Below, in pieces: positions 40,572 to 59,300 of a stretch of DNA of 64,000 nucleotides; the stretch's first letter is position 1, and the number at the start of each line of letters is the position of its first letter. The notes under the pieces are model-generated. The model did no database searches. It was not told the origin of the DNA and saw only the letters and a list, made by a program, of their open reading frames with translations. The stretch spans positions 55,428,001-55,492,000 of the forward strand of contig NC_043002.1 in NCBI RefSeq assembly GCF_006345805.1. Direction: 5' to 3'. The position numbers were made by a program, and so were the translations under genes. This DNA is from Octopus sinensis. Taxonomy: Eukaryota.

Positions 40572-40980
40572 ACACATATATATATATATATGGATGTAGA
40601 TATGTATGCCTGTTTATACATGAGACAATAATTTCACTTTAATAGTTTTGAGTGTTAAAGTGAAACAATTAAAGTGAAAGTATCTGACATAACGCTAGAG
40701 AGATGTTATTGTTTCACTTCTGACACGTAATACTGAAATAGTGAAGATATGATATTGCTGTAGGCTCGCACTAGGCAAGCATTTAAAAACTATTTTTAGA
40801 CTATGACACTACATTGGACTCTGAGTAAGGCATGTATAAAATTTGAATGAATTTGGTTGTGCAGTTCTCACATAGACAGGCACCCAGACAGACAGACACA
40901 CATTCTCTTTTTATATATAAAGATGAAGGAACTACACGTGTTTCAGCATTGGAAGATTACAATATACATACATACACACA

Positions 40981-41025
<45 letters not shown>

Positions 41026-41066
41026 ACACACACACACCCACACACCCCACACACATATATATATAT

Positions 41067-41118
<52 letters not shown>

Positions 41119-41544
41119 ATACATATACACAACTGTATACTTTTATCTATATATATAGATATATAAATAATATGTAATCATCAGATTTAGAATATGTATG
41201 TATATATATATACATAGATTCACAATATATATGTAAATATATATACATACATACATATATATATATGTGTGTGTGTGTGTATATATATATGTATGCATGT
41301 ATGTATGTATGTATGTATGTATGTATGTATGTATGTATGTATGTATGTATCAATTTTTCAGTGTGTTTGTCACTACATTGGACTCTGAGTAAGGCATGTA
41401 TAAAATTTGAATGAATTTGGTTGTGCAGTTCTCACATAGACAGGCACTCAGACAGACAGACACACATTCTCTTTTTATATATAAAGATGAAGGAACGACA
41501 CGTGTTTCAGCATTGGAAGATTACAATATACATACATACACACA

Positions 41545-41591
<47 letters not shown>

Positions 41592-41626
41592 ACACCCCAC
41601 ACCCACACCCCCCACACACAATATAT

Positions 41627-41702
<76 letters not shown>

Positions 41703-44700
41703 ATGCATATACACAACTGTATACTTTTATCTATATATATAGATATATAAATAATATGTAATCATCAGATTTAGAATATGTATGTATATATATACATAGA
41801 TTCACAATATATATGTAAATATATATACATACATACATACATATATATATGTGTGTGTGTGTGTATATATATATGTATGCATGTATGTATGTATGTATGT
41901 ATGTATGTATGTATGTATGTATGTATGTATGTATGTATCAATTTTTCTGTGTGTTTGTCCCCAAACTATCGCTTGACAACTGACGTTTATGTGTTTACGA
42001 AGCTAGCGATTCGGCAATAGGAATAAATAATAGGCTTGCAAAGAATGCGTCCTGCGGTCGTTTGCTCGACTAAAGGCAAAATAATGAGAGAAATAAGTAA
42101 AAGAACACAAGAAACACATATATATTACATTAGTCTGTCTGTGTGAGTGCGCGCGGTTGTGAGAATGTGTGTGTGTGTGTGAGGGGGAGAGAGAGAGAAA
42201 GAGAGAGGGAGATAGGAAGACAGCATAGACTAAGAGCTAAGTACGATATTAAAATAGAAATATCTTTTAACAGCGAACTTGTCAGTAGGAGAGAGAAAGA
42301 GAGAAGAAAGAAAACAAATGGAAAACGAATCGGCCTTACTTGTGAAAACGTATACCCTACGACAAATAATGCGACTGCATTCAGAATGGGAAAAACCCAT
42401 CACGTCGGGCTTTAATAATATAAAATGATAATCTTTGGTGCCATTTCACCAATATTTCTCGAAGATAAACAATTTTTACATGTCAGAGAATATCCGCACG
42501 GTAAACTTCGGACGTCGCTCCCCACGCGTTGTCAAAACAGCGAGAGGAAATAAACAACTTTCTCGATACGACGATTCCTTACTAATTTTGCACTTTAGAA
42601 GATTTCTATAGCTCCGCTTAGCGAATTCATTCCTAGAAATATATGTGTACTTATCAATTAATTCGTCCATTTCTTGAAATTCTGGCCTAAACTCGAAATT
42701 TGAAGACTGAGACTTGTATTCCGTTTGAACTCTCACCGTGCGGGAATGAATGATTGACAAGAAGCGTCAGTATCTAGTAATCCCATGCGAGAGGTTTTTT
42801 GTGCCATCTCGTTTCCACGTTTGGCAATGCCTGGACTTAGTTCACCGGAAATTATCCCTCTTTACGAAGTAAGACTCTTCAAGAAAATGTGTTTTCTTTA
42901 TATTTTCTAAATAAAAATTATTGAAAATTTCCACTTTTATATATCATGACGCTTATCTGACCAGCTCTCTTCGATTTTTATATGAAAATAACTCAAAAAA
43001 TGTCCACTTCATGACAATCATTTTCAACTCAAATCGAGTGACAGTGCTGCAGCGCATTGAATTATTTCAAGTCGGAAGCAGAAACGGGACAAACTTTGTG
43101 AATGATTGGAATTACGAGAGAGATTGAGAAAATGTCCTGTAATATGTAAGTATGGGAATTTGATGAAGAATATATGAGAAAGATGTTCACATCCAGTATA
43201 CAATGAACACTTCTGGATAATGAATATCATGAGATTACAAACATTGATGAGGAACATGGCTGGATAATGAACATTGTACGATAGTAAACAGAGTACAATG
43301 GTGAGCTCTGTTAGATGACGTACACTATCTGATAATGAGGCTGACTGATAGGTAACACTATTGGATTGTGAACACTGCAGGACAATGAGCATTGTAGCAA
43401 AGTAAACACTGTTAGATAACGAGCAACGTAGGATGGTTAACATTGTTGTATAATGTACGTTGGTGGATTGTAAGAAATGTCAGATAATGAATGCTTTAGG
43501 ATTGTAAATAACGTTAGATAATGGGCATTGGTTTGTGGTGAACACTGATTCATGATGAACGTAGCTTGTTAGGAAACAAGATAGTGAACACTGTCGGATA
43601 ATGAACGTCGCAGGTTGGTGGACTGAGTTTGTCAGTGAACACAGATATGCAGCGGAGACTCTTGGAGAATGTACGTATTTAAATATTGAACGACATGAAT
43701 AGACATTCTTGGATAATGATCACTGTTGGTAGTGGTCTGTCTTGAACATTGAATGCTGTTCGTTAGTAAACAGTTTTGGGTAATAAACACTGTAGAATAG
43801 TGAACATTGTTGGGTCGTGAACAGCATTAGATGAGAATCTCTATTAGATGTTAGAAAATAAATACTGTTGCTTAATAGAAACTGTTGGATAATGAACAGT
43901 ATTCAGTTATATACGCTGTAAATTAGTAAGATTCTTAGATTGTGAACGCAGATGAACGGTAAATTCTTTGGGGCTATGAACAATGTTGGATAATGAACGC
44001 TGTTGGATAGTAATCATTACTGAATTGTGATTCGTATGAACACAACATAGTGAACACTGCTGGATAATGAACACTACTGGGTCATCAAAATTGCTGGGTG
44101 GCTAAGCATTTTGTCCAAAGTGCTTCTGATTATGTCAGCTTACCTGTTCCGTGTCTACAGTATGATAATTCTTGGGCATTCATTCATCTAAGAAGAAGTG
44201 GGAGAGCTGAGAGAATCCTTGCTCTAACCAATATTTTACTAAAAGGTAGACGCTTCAGATTGTTTATGCTTCAGAATATATCGGTGCATAAATATTAATG
44301 ACCTCATAGTAATATACGGTATCTGGATGAAACTACATAGGCACTATAAGCGACTTGTAGGCACGTTATGCATAACGAAATAACGGGGGCCTACACAATT
44401 TATTAATATTTGCATTCCAGCCCCAGAAATGCGTTTAATATGTAAATTAGTATATACAAAAACTTGACACCAGCGTATGTTGGTGGGGATGATGATGGTG
44501 ATGACGATGACGGCGACATCGTTGACAAAGCACAACGGGAACAAGAAGGATAAGCATGATGAAAAGGATATTTATGATGGGCTCCAGCGAAATATTTCCG
44601 TACCTGACTCCAGTACGCATGCATTTGCGTGTCAATCGTATTCTTCCATATATATATATATATGGAGCAATCCCGCAACTATTGTGGGTTTTATGTTCTA

Positions 44701-47366
44701 AAACCCTACGCTATAGGTGAAAATCTGCGTAGTAGAAACAATACCGTACTGTATACTATTTTTCTACTAATCTTATAATTTGTATATATTTATTTTATTA
44801 TACATGCAAAACAACATCACAGGGGATTCATCGTAAGCTTAAATAATAAACCCGAGAAGCGGACCGCGATATGGCGAGAGAATACATCCACATTTCGAAG
44901 CACGAAGAGAAAGGACCTGGTCCTCAAAAGCATCAACCTAAGGATCTCAAGAGATACCTAACAAGGCTGAAATTCACTCCTGATTTGTTTTCTTTATTTT
45001 TTCTGCAAATGCTTGTTGAGATAGCTGATGTGGAATATGATGTGGAATATGAAGGAGAGAAAATTACATCCACGTACAAAAAGGCCCCGTGATAAAATGA
45101 AAACGCAAGCGATTTTCATGATGTACATGGTGTCTATGTACGGGCGTGGATATGCGAGTGTAGGCGTGGACATTGTCCAGTGATATATAGTCTTTTAAAG
45201 CAGAGTTAATTTTGGAGAATTTATTTTTAAAAAATACTTCTCAATTTTTAAAATATGTATTGGATTGTCTCTTAAGCAAAGAGAAACAGGAAAAAAAAAA
45301 ATTTGTTATCGCAAATTAGTTAAATTTCACTAAGTGGGATTTCCCTTTGGTCGGGATAAAGTGTGTGTATGTTCTCTCTTTCACCCAAGAAGATTCCGGT
45401 TTAACCAATGTAGTTTCCCTTAAGACTAGACCAGATTACGTAACATAAGAGATTTCTTTTTTCGCAATTAATATCCGTCTTTATCTCTCGGATATTTCTA
45501 AGTGGTTGTAACTTTGCCTAATTCAAATTCTGTATCAGCTATTTCCACAGGTTTTTACGGAAAATTCTGGGTGGTGGTGGATAAGTGAGTTTATCGTTTC
45601 TAATTATTTCTTGAGGATTTTTGGTTGACGCATGGTGTTGATGGTTGGGCTTTTGAAGACCAAATCCTTTACGTTTGTGCTTCGAAGAAAGGATTGAGAG
45701 AGTCACATTGGTGAATGTCTATATGTTTGCTATTCCTGAGTTATAACTGTTGTGTTGTTTCCGCAATTCAGTAGGGGTCAGCCATACCGCATTCTAAATC
45801 ATACTGAATCTCCTTCAGAATTACGTTAAGTGTACATGTGTCTGTGGAGTACTCAGCCGCATGCACGTTAATTTCATGAACACTCTGTTCGTTTGATTGT
45901 ATCATCTGGAACACTCGTCGTCATAACCGACGGAGAACCAGGCGCTTGCAACAAGGATTTTTATTATCTAGTCCTAGGTCTCTGTTCTTGCCATATACTT
46001 ATATTGATGCTGTTTTTTCTGTTTCGTATCTCCTTCCTCCTCCTCCTTCCCCTCCTCGTAAGAACATTTCTCCATTTGTGACTGTCGGTATTGTTGGTTG
46101 TAAATTATTTTCAATAGTTCGTGTATTCGTTTTTTGGGATATTACACCTTTGATTTCTGAATGTATGTGAGTTGTGATTGAGGGAGTTATACGAGGTCTG
46201 AGTGATTGGTTTCGTTATCTCACTCTGGTGGTGGTGATGGTGGAGGTGGTGGTGTGGGTGATGGTGGTGGTGGTGGTGGTGGTGTTGGTGGTGATGGTGG
46301 TGGTGGTGGTGGTTCTGGTGGTTGTGGTGGTGGTGAAGATGATGATGGAGATGATGATGAGGACGACGCCATTGGCGACGTCGATAGTAACAACGATTTC
46401 TAACATGAAACTGTAACTCACTATTTCCCGCTCGGTTATTTCCCGTTAAGCGAAAGTAACCTACTAGCAATTGGACTGTGACCTATATACTGTGATAAAA
46501 ATTGTTCATTCATAAAAGCTTTCCTCTTCCCGTAAACATAAATCTCTGTCACACTGAAAGTAAAATATTAGTACAAGCTTCAACTTCCGCCAGAAATGAA
46601 AGCGAGCAATTTTCGTAAACTAAATCTAAACAATACGGAAAGGAAAATGATATCTTCCAGCGTCGTGAAGGCCATCACATAGAATGGGATTTTCCAAATC
46701 TATCACTGCTAAAACCACTATATAAGCCGATATTCCATCGTCACTTAAACACAATAATTCGTAACAAGCAAAGGAACTACAACTTGACGTTCTCTCAAAA
46801 CCTTTCTCATAACGAAAAGTCACACAAAATGAATAACTGTAAGTATGAGGTCGGCATTATGTACATACATACATACATACATACATACATACATACATAC
46901 ATACATACATACATAAGCACATACATACATAGAAACACACACGGACACATACGTGTAAATTCGGGACATCGAGGTGTAGGAAGACAGTTAGCTTCAAGCA
47001 ATTCGCAGTAAATATAAGAAAACAACTTTCAGAACAATAGTGGTGTATTGAGACGGAAGGTTGAGGATTATTTTTCTTTATCGAAAAACGATGCGAGGAG
47101 AAAATTTGTTTTTATATTCCACCGTAGGCGACAAGGTTTGCCGAGTTTACCAAAAACAATACAAGAATTACAGAATGGAGAAGGAAAATCCGGGCTACAT
47201 GTGTTTCATGGCGACTGAAAGCTCATAAATGGTAAATCGAAATGAGGCGTATACCGACGGTTAAACTTCAGGCCAAGAATATCTTGAGAAGATTAAAGGT
47301 TATAATGTCATGAAAAAGTAATTGTTAAAACATACAAGAAAGTAATGGTCTTTCCAACAGTATGTA

Positions 47367-47447
<81 letters not shown>

Positions 47448-47745
47448 CTTCTGCCTTTTACTTGTTCTAGTCGCTAGTTTGCGGCGATGCTGTGGCACGA
47501 CCATGAAGAATTTTTTGCCGAATGTACTAACGTGATGATTTATTTCTGAAAGCTATGTACTTATTCTGTTGCTAAATTTTTAGTGAACTGTTAATTTACA
47601 AGCATTGGTCGTCAAGCGGAACTCAAGGGGGAGGGACAATGGCACACACACACATACATACATACACACGCACACACACACACATGCACACAGAAACGCA
47701 CAAACTCTTTCATGCACATATGTATATATATGTATATCCCGAACA

Positions 47746-47810
<65 letters not shown>

Positions 47811-48165
47811 CCTATCTATATATATATATATATATATATCTTGATATGCCTCTATATATGTGTATAAGTGCTTTTAAATAGCCTCGTCTTTCCTGTCATA
47901 TATAAAATATCGCATCTTTCCCTAATTTGAATATTTCTATTTTTATCACTGCTGAATACAACATTGCAGTACATTGTTTTTAGTTCTATTATTTAATTAT
48001 CGCACTCAATTCCTATGGTAGAACAAAACAACAACAAAACACTTAAAACGTGGCCTTCCTCCACTTATCTATTCACTTCTCTTTAACACACTACACAAGA
48101 ACTTATGGTTTATATTTAGTGGAAATATGTTAAATATTTGTGAATATCGTTTATTGAGTTCCAAA

Positions 48166-48190
48166 ATGTTCAGCTCATTGTTTACTACAC
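48166..48190 (+). CDS. putative LIF/IL-6-like cytokine, copy D, exon 1 (MFSSLFTT+C, phase 1)
   Basis: AAAATG context. C|GTGAAA donor is weak but is the only donor in phase with exon 2 (C+AC = His). Confidence 0.65.
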
Positions 48191-48305
48191 GTGAAAAACT
48201 AACAGCGACTTATCGAGTTATTTCTTTTTAATAATAACAATTCCTTCAATGTCTCCCTTTCCTTCTAAATGTTCCTTAATGGTATTTTTTTCCATTTTCC
48301 CGTAG

Positions 48306-48463
48306 ACTGGCAATATGTATTGGTCCTATGTATCTCAGTCTGGACTTCATTCATCCAAGGAGCATCGATAAAACCTACAGCGATACCAATAAATAACATA
48401 AAAGCTCCGCTGGAGGCGGCTAGCAGGGCCTCAATCGCCGTGAACACTACTTTGCATTCTTTT
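48306..48463 (+). CDS. copy D exon 2: signal peptide and helix A
   Basis: TTTCCCGTAG acceptor, TTT|GTAAGT donor. Encodes WQYVLVLCISVWTSFIQG|ASIKPTAIPINNIKAPLEAASRASIAVNTTLHSF. Confidence 0.85.
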
Positions 48464-48564
48464 GTAAGTTTACATTTATTCATTCATATATTATTGTTAT
48501 TATTATTGTTATTCTTGTTGTTGCTGTTGTTGTTGTTGTTGTTGTTGTTGTTGTCCTTCTTCTT

Positions 48565-48659
<95 letters not shown>

Positions 48660-49130
48660 CATCATCATTGAGTGTTAGAGCAGTGCATGCCATCAACGTA
48701 ACACTGGGGTAACATAAACGAAGCCCAGTATACGTATCATGACTACCCGACTGATAAGTGTTCACCAGGCACATGCATCACAACCATATGTGCGTGACAT
48801 GGTGATCTCATAACAAGATAAACAGCGCATGAACTTACAGGTGGGGCCCAGTTAGAATTTTCTTCCGGTCAAGTAACCCATCCTGCTCAAAAGGTCCCTG
48901 AATAAGGATTGTTTAAAGATGTTCTACGAACCACCCCTGTTTCCAAAGGTGAATTATCCAAACCTCTAAAAATTCCTTTCAACACACGGATATGATGCTC
49001 CCCCATTACTTCTGTTTCTAATCAGAGATGCACATATCGTCAGCCATTAACGGACATGCTCAACTGGTTAAGATCAAACAACTGACAAGCAAATCTGTGA
49101 TATTGAGCAGAATATTTGCTGTAGCCCATC

Positions 49131-49190
<60 letters not shown>

Positions 49191-49509
49191 GTTGTTGTTG
49201 TTGTTGTTATTATTAGCATTATTAATGTTATTATAATTATAATTACTACTACTACTACTACACTACTACAACAACAACAACTACGACTACTACTACTACT
49301 ATATATTGTTATTAATTATTTTATTTTATTATTATTATCACTTCTTGTTATGCCACTCCAATAATATATTACCTATCATATAAATAATGTTCTCGTAAAT
49401 ATCAATATTTATAACGACTAGTTCCATGGAAACGGACTTCTACTCCGTTGTTTTCTAATCCTATCTGTCCAAATCTCAGGCTCATAATATGTCACGTGTT
49501 TTTCTACAG

Positions 49510-49644
49510 TGCCACAACACTCCAATGGCTTCTGCGGTAAGCTGTCCTCACTTTATTCACATGCTACTCAACCGGACGGAACTTACATTCCCTCAGCTCT
49601 ACATTCAACACAATATCACCATCGCGCAGACAGACTTAGTCAAG
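49510..49644 (+). CDS. copy D exon 3: AB loop
   Basis: TTTTCTACAG acceptor, AAG|GTATGG donor. Encodes CHNTPMASAVSCPHFIHMLLNRTELTFPQLYIQHNITIAQTDLVK. Confidence 0.8.
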
Positions 49645-49776
49645 GTATGGACATATTATCAAACACCTTTTCTTGAAATATTTATACACTTTCTGTCTAG
49701 ACTCGATTCTATATTTTATAAGAAATCTCAATCATTGTCGAATAAAATTCAAGCTTCTCACAATTCTTTATTACAG

Positions 49777-50007
49777 ATTGCTCTATCCAATATGTCTGCA
49801 ACCCTCAGTCAATATGTTACTGTGTTGAAGAATCAGAGGAAAAGAGAATATGATAGGCTGTGTGCCCCTGCCAAACGTATACAGACAGAGTGTCATTATC
49901 CCGCTGCCTGTTCTAAACTCACTCCCACATCTGATGCCATATTTTATTGTTATTTAAAACAAACGCTTTATTACTTGGTTGATACGATACTTTTCCTGGA
50001 TTTACCG
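49777..50007 (+). CDS. copy D exon 4: helices B and C
   Basis: TTCTTTATTACAG acceptor, CCG|GTAAGA donor. Encodes IALSNMSATLSQYVTVLKNQRKRE...CSKLTPTSDAIFYCYLKQTLYYLVDTILFLDLP. Confidence 0.8.
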
Positions 50008-50639
50008 GTAAGAATTATTTTCCTCATACTTCTCCCTGGATGATTATTTTAAATATTACTCGTAGAATTCATCTGGGAAGCTATGGTTAGTTTATTTAAA
50101 GAAACTGTTGTCAAAGATTAATGGTTCCATTCTTTAGATTGCTTTGGAGAAATATAGAATCATTTCAAAGCGTTCTTGCCTTCCATAGTTACCATACGAT
50201 TACAACTTAAATCTCTTCAGGTTTTTTTCTTGCTTAAGATTTCTATTGTAAAGTGTTACGTGCAGAGGATAATCAGGTTACCCCATCCGCTATTTCCTCA
50301 ATTATATGGCGCTTTTAAGTTGACAACAATGCGTAGAAATGTAACCAGCATAGAATGTCTAATTATTTCAAGTAAATACTACAATTAGAATAATTTTGAA
50401 CCGTTCAAATTTAACAACGTAACTTAGTCTATCAAAATGTTTTCTATCAGATATACGTCTGCATCCATGAGTTTCTATATTTCTTAGTAGCATATATCGT
50501 ATACTACGTGTGTGTATATAGTTAGTATTAGGAAATGTGATTCTTAATCTGTGTAAATGTCTCTGTCGCATTGAATCTTGGGGTAAAGGGTTTCATTTGC
50601 CATGATTGTATCTCATCTGCGTGAGATTTCACATGAATT

Positions 50640-50750
<111 letters not shown>

Positions 50751-50872
50751 AGGGTAATTAAATTCTATAATGGTTTTTTAAAAAAAGTCCACAATTATTT
50801 ACTGGTAGAATTCGGTATGTAAATATAGCCGATTACCGGCAGGAACTTCTGTAAAGTTCAGTATATATATTG

Positions 50873-51193
<321 letters not shown>

Positions 51194-51468
51194 GATATAT
51201 ATATATCCATACGTACAAATATATATATACACACACACATGTGTGTGTATGTGTGCGTTCGTGCGTGTGTATGTGTATGTGTATCATAACGTGATACTTT
51301 GAGGACTAAGAACTTTCTTGGGAGGTCGAACATATTAAGCGTACGAGTATGTTTATAAGTGTGTGCGCGCGTGTGTGTGTATATGTGTGTGAGTCTTCGT
51401 GTGTGTCTGTGTATTAATATCAATTAATGTTTATCCCTAATTTACAATATTCTTTTCATATATTTCAG

Positions 51469-51627
51469 ATATTTTCAAACATCAAACAAAATGTCGAAGT
51501 GGATGACAGTCTTTTGCTACCGGACAATGTGCCAATAATCCAGCAGCGATGGTTTACCATAATTACACTCCATACACTTCATGAAAATATAAACCACATT
51601 CAAAATACTCTACAATCCTTTATGTAA
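51469..51627 (+). CDS. copy D exon 5: CD loop and helix D
   Basis: TTTTCATATATTTCAG acceptor, phase 0. Encodes IFSNIKQNVEVDDSLLLPDNVPIIQQRWFTIITLHTLHENINHIQNTLQSFM*. Open in C, D and E. Confidence 0.82.
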   Translation: MFSNIKQNVEVDDSLLLPDNVPIIQQRWFTIITLHTLHENINHIQNTLQSFM

Positions 51628-52014
51628 TTAATTCCTGTTCTAATACTTCTGTAAACAATCTCAGTTAGAGAAAAATCAGATACAAGTGTATCGTTTCAAT
51701 TATGTAGAAGTGTTTTAGCTTCACCACTTAATAATCATATCGACGATTATATTAATCGTTAAATACCAATATTTCCATCAATTTTTATCTTATATTTTCT
51801 TATCACGTTTATAATCGTAAACAATATATATTTCACCAATGGGACTATGGCGCATCAATCTAAATATGTTTTTCTATATATATACTTATGTATATATCTA
51901 TATATATATTTAAATATACACACCTATATCTACGTTATTTAATTCATTGTATAAATTACTAATTTCCTTATTCTACATACTATTTTTTAATCTTTAATAT
52001 ATATATTATACATA

Positions 52015-52215
52015 AGGCGGCGGGCTGGCAGATTCGTTGGCACACCGGGCGAAATGCTTAGCGTTATTTTGTCTGTGCTTTAGTTCTGAGTTCAAATTCC
52101 GCCGATGTACACTTTGTCTTTCATTCTTTCGAGGTCGATAGATTAAGTAGCACTTGCGTACTGGGATCGATCTAATCGACAAGCTCCCTCACCCTAAATT
52201 CCGGTCCTTGTGCCT
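52015..52215 (+). mobile_element. tRNA-derived SINE, unit D copy
   Basis: Same as 8857-9056. Confidence 0.75.
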
Positions 52216-52706
52216 GGAGTAGAAAAGAAAATATATTCTAATGCATTATTCTTGTAAGACTTTCAGGCATACGCACACACACACACACATCACACACACA
52301 TGTATATACGCCAATATCATTTCTATTATTTATTATATAAATGAGTAATATATTTTTGTATGGAAACATTAAAGTGTTAATATTTTATTATATATTCAAT
52401 TGTTTGTGTTTTTGATTTTGTTCTTAGAGTGGATTACAACTCCCTTCACTCATTTCTTTATCTTTAATATATATTTTATATACATTATATTATAATGTAT
52501 CTCACCAATAGGACATTTATTCTGTCCGTGTTGATAAAATAAGCACCAATAATGTAATGGGTTCGACGAAATCCACTTACCACTCCTGCGAAATTCCTGA
52601 TCTTGAACCAAATTTGGAAGCTATCACTCGTTGCATCCGGCCTGTGCCAAAGGGAATCGCATATATATATACGATTGATTTCTTTCAGTTTCTATCTACG
52701 AAATAT

Positions 52707-52785
<79 letters not shown>

Positions 52786-52898
52786 TGTTTGTGTGTGTGT
52801 GTGTGAGTGTGTAAGTATATAAATGATTACTTCAGTACTTGGTAAAGTCTATTAATTATTTAATTAATAATTCTTTACCCGATACATACATATATATG

Positions 52899-52973
<75 letters not shown>

Positions 52974-53197
52974 TATGTATATATATATATGTATGTGTAT
53001 ATATATATATATATAAATATATATATGTATGTATGTATGTATATATATATAATGCAAAGAGAAAAAGATAAACTTATAGATACAACTGAGTGGGCAAACA
53101 AAACTATGAGACCCTGCCTAGTGTTTTTTTATTATAAGCTTTGTACATATTGATATCTATAGAAATACATCTATACATATACATGTATACATATACA

Positions 53198-56350
<3,153 letters not shown>

Positions 56351-59300
56351 GAGGATATATTTATATGTTGATGGGTGTTATTTAGTGGTGTTTTTATTGA
56401 GTTTTGTATGTATGTGTGAATGTTTACGATCCTTTGTTTTTTGTTTTTTATTTGGTATGTTGAATTGACGGATTTTATTTGTGTATTGTCTGTTATAATA
56501 AAGTATACACACCCATAACAAATATAAGTGCCCACTTCATTCGCGCGTACCTGGAATTGCATGTGAGCCTCAACATATACACCAAACGGCCGCTCCCGCC
56601 CTATACGGACAAATAAACACATACATCCCCAAAAATGGGCGTAATCCCACTCACACCTATCATATGTATACAATTATACACACTAGAATAATACATAACT
56701 AACCCAAATATACAGAACATATTAAAAATCACCAACAAACCACCATCACAAATGAAACCTACACCCATACAATGACAAAACTCCCCCCTCTATACCCAAT
56801 TTACACCCACATAGCAATCCCAATATATTCATCCATACATGGACGCACGTGCGTGAAGCACATGCACACAATAAATACGTACAACCCCCCAATACACACT
56901 CATATACATACGTATCAAGCTCGACATCCACAGCAATACGCTTACACCCACTCACACCCAGATGGGTGAATTGCACAACCAGGGAAGTCACACACACACG
57001 TGTGCGTATTTTGATTGTGCAACTCGCCCATATGCATGTATGCGGGCGCGATTACATTGTTGCACATATCGAGCCCAACTAGCATGCATATGTACATGTG
57101 AGGGGGTACACGTACATGCCGTGCGCGTGTACCCCCTGCATTTATACCCGTGCGTGAATATACACATGGAGACTACCACACAGGTACAAATGTGTATGGT
57201 AATGGGAGCCCCATCACTACACTCAATCCGCACGGATTGAAAGAGAATCTCCGGTGTATATGTTGAGGCTTATATGTAGCGCTGTGGAGTTGAACGTCGT
57301 TGAAATTGTGAATGAATGGGTGGAGTTGGGAATTGTAACCGGGTGGTGGGCTAGCGTTGCTTAGAATTGGGAATGGAATAGTGTAGTAGTAAGGCAGGTA
57401 TCGAGAATAGATTTGGGTTACTGCAAGTTGTTTGTTAGAGCTGCTAAGATGAGCTAAAGCTCATAATTGTATATAATAATTTATTATGGTAGTTTTATTA
57501 AAGAATCCATTCATAATAAATTTTTTTAAGTAGTGTTGGTTTGCCACGTGGATATAGTTTTTAGTTCCATTTATTCTATTTCTCCATTCATAATTTAAAT
57601 GACGTTTACTTTCCATGGCGCGTATTCTTTTTTTACATAAGTTATATTTCTATGGTAACGTAATTTTGGTTTGGTTTTTTTAACGGCTAAGAATTTAATT
57701 TCACTTCATAATTTGAAACTGACTTGTAAGTATGTATTTTATTTCTCCTTATGTCATATTGTTATTTTTGATATTCTGGTTAATTACGATGTATTTAATG
57801 TTGTTTTTTATTGGAGTGTTTATGTATATGAGATTGTGTGTGAGTTTTTAGTTGTATAATTTATTTATCTGTATGAGTGTGGGGTGTGTTAATATTGTTG
57901 TATATATCGAGTTTAGTGAGTATGTATATGCGTATATGTGAGGGAGTATATGTATCTGTTGTGTGTGTGTGTTTTGCGTGTGTGTGTGTTTGTGTGTGAA
58001 TGTGTATATGGGTTTGTTATTTAGGTTTTGGGATGTATGTGTTAATTTGTCTGTGTGGGAGGGAGCGGGTTTTTGGTGTATATTGAGGTTTATAAGTTAG
58101 TATAGGTATGTGTATAAGTCGTGGGTCTGTGGTTTACGTGTGTGTTTTTTTGTGTGAATGTTTAGGTTAGGGGGATTGCTATATAGGTTGTTATAGAGTT
58201 TAGCAAAGGGAGATTTTATCGTTATATGTTTTTAAGTGTTTTGGTTTATCATGGTTTTTTTTAGGGAATTCGTGGTAATTTGTCTATTTTCGATGTTGGT
58301 TGTTTTATTACATTGTTTCATTCATAATTTTTGAGTGGTGTTCGTTTTGCCACGTGAATATTATTTTTAATTCCATTTATTCCATTTCTCCATTCATTAT
58401 TTTAAAAGATGTTCGTTTCCAGAGCGGTTATACTTTTTATACATATGTTAAGTTCCTTGGTAAAGTAATTTTGTTTGGTGTATATGTTGAGGCTTATATG
58501 TATTTGTGGGTGTGTGTGAGTGGGGTGGGTGTTTGTATTTGTTATGGGTGTGTGGTTTACGTGTGTGTATTTGTGTGTGAATGTATAGGTTAAAGGGATT
58601 GCTATATAAGTATGTTATAGTGTTTAGTAAAGGGAGGTTTTATCATTTATGTTTTGTGAGTTTAGCTTATCATGGTAGTTTTATAAAAGAATCCATTCAT
58701 AATTTTTGTGTTTATTTGTCTGTGTGGGGTTGAGTGGGTTTTTGGAGTATATGTTGAGGTTTATATGTATGTATAGGTATGTGTAAGTGGTGTGGGTATT
58801 TGTATATGTCGTGGGTGTGTGGTTTACGTGTGTGTATTTGTGTGTGAATGTTTAGGTTAGGGGGATTGCTATATAGGTATGTTATAGAGTTTAGTAAAGG
58901 GAGATTTTATCATTATATGTTTTTATGAGTTTTGGTTTATCATGGTAGGTTTAAGGAATTCGTAGTAATTTGTGTCTATTTGCGATGTCTGTTGTTTTAT
59001 TGCATTGTTTCATTCATAATTTTTAAGTAGTGTTCGTTTTACCAAGTGAATATAATTTTTAATTCCATTTATTCCATTTCTCCGTTCATAATGTATGAAG
59101 TGATGGGGTGTGTGTGTGTGTGTGTGGGAGTATGAATAAGTATTGTGTTGAAGTATTTAGCTATTTATTTATAGTTGCCTAGACGTTTTTATGTGTATGT
59201 ATAGGGATATATATATAGGGGTGTGATTTAGTGTATGTAGTTAGATATGGTATATATAATTAGGTATAGTGTATGGGTGTATATATAGTTTATTATTATA

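Noticed and set aside
49489-50043. 184-aa ORF (and mirror 62951-63505) as a stand-alone gene or single exon
   Set aside because: It starts inside intron 2, contains phase-0 donor and acceptor pairs, and lacks the helix-D exon found at 51469. The spliced model fits better.
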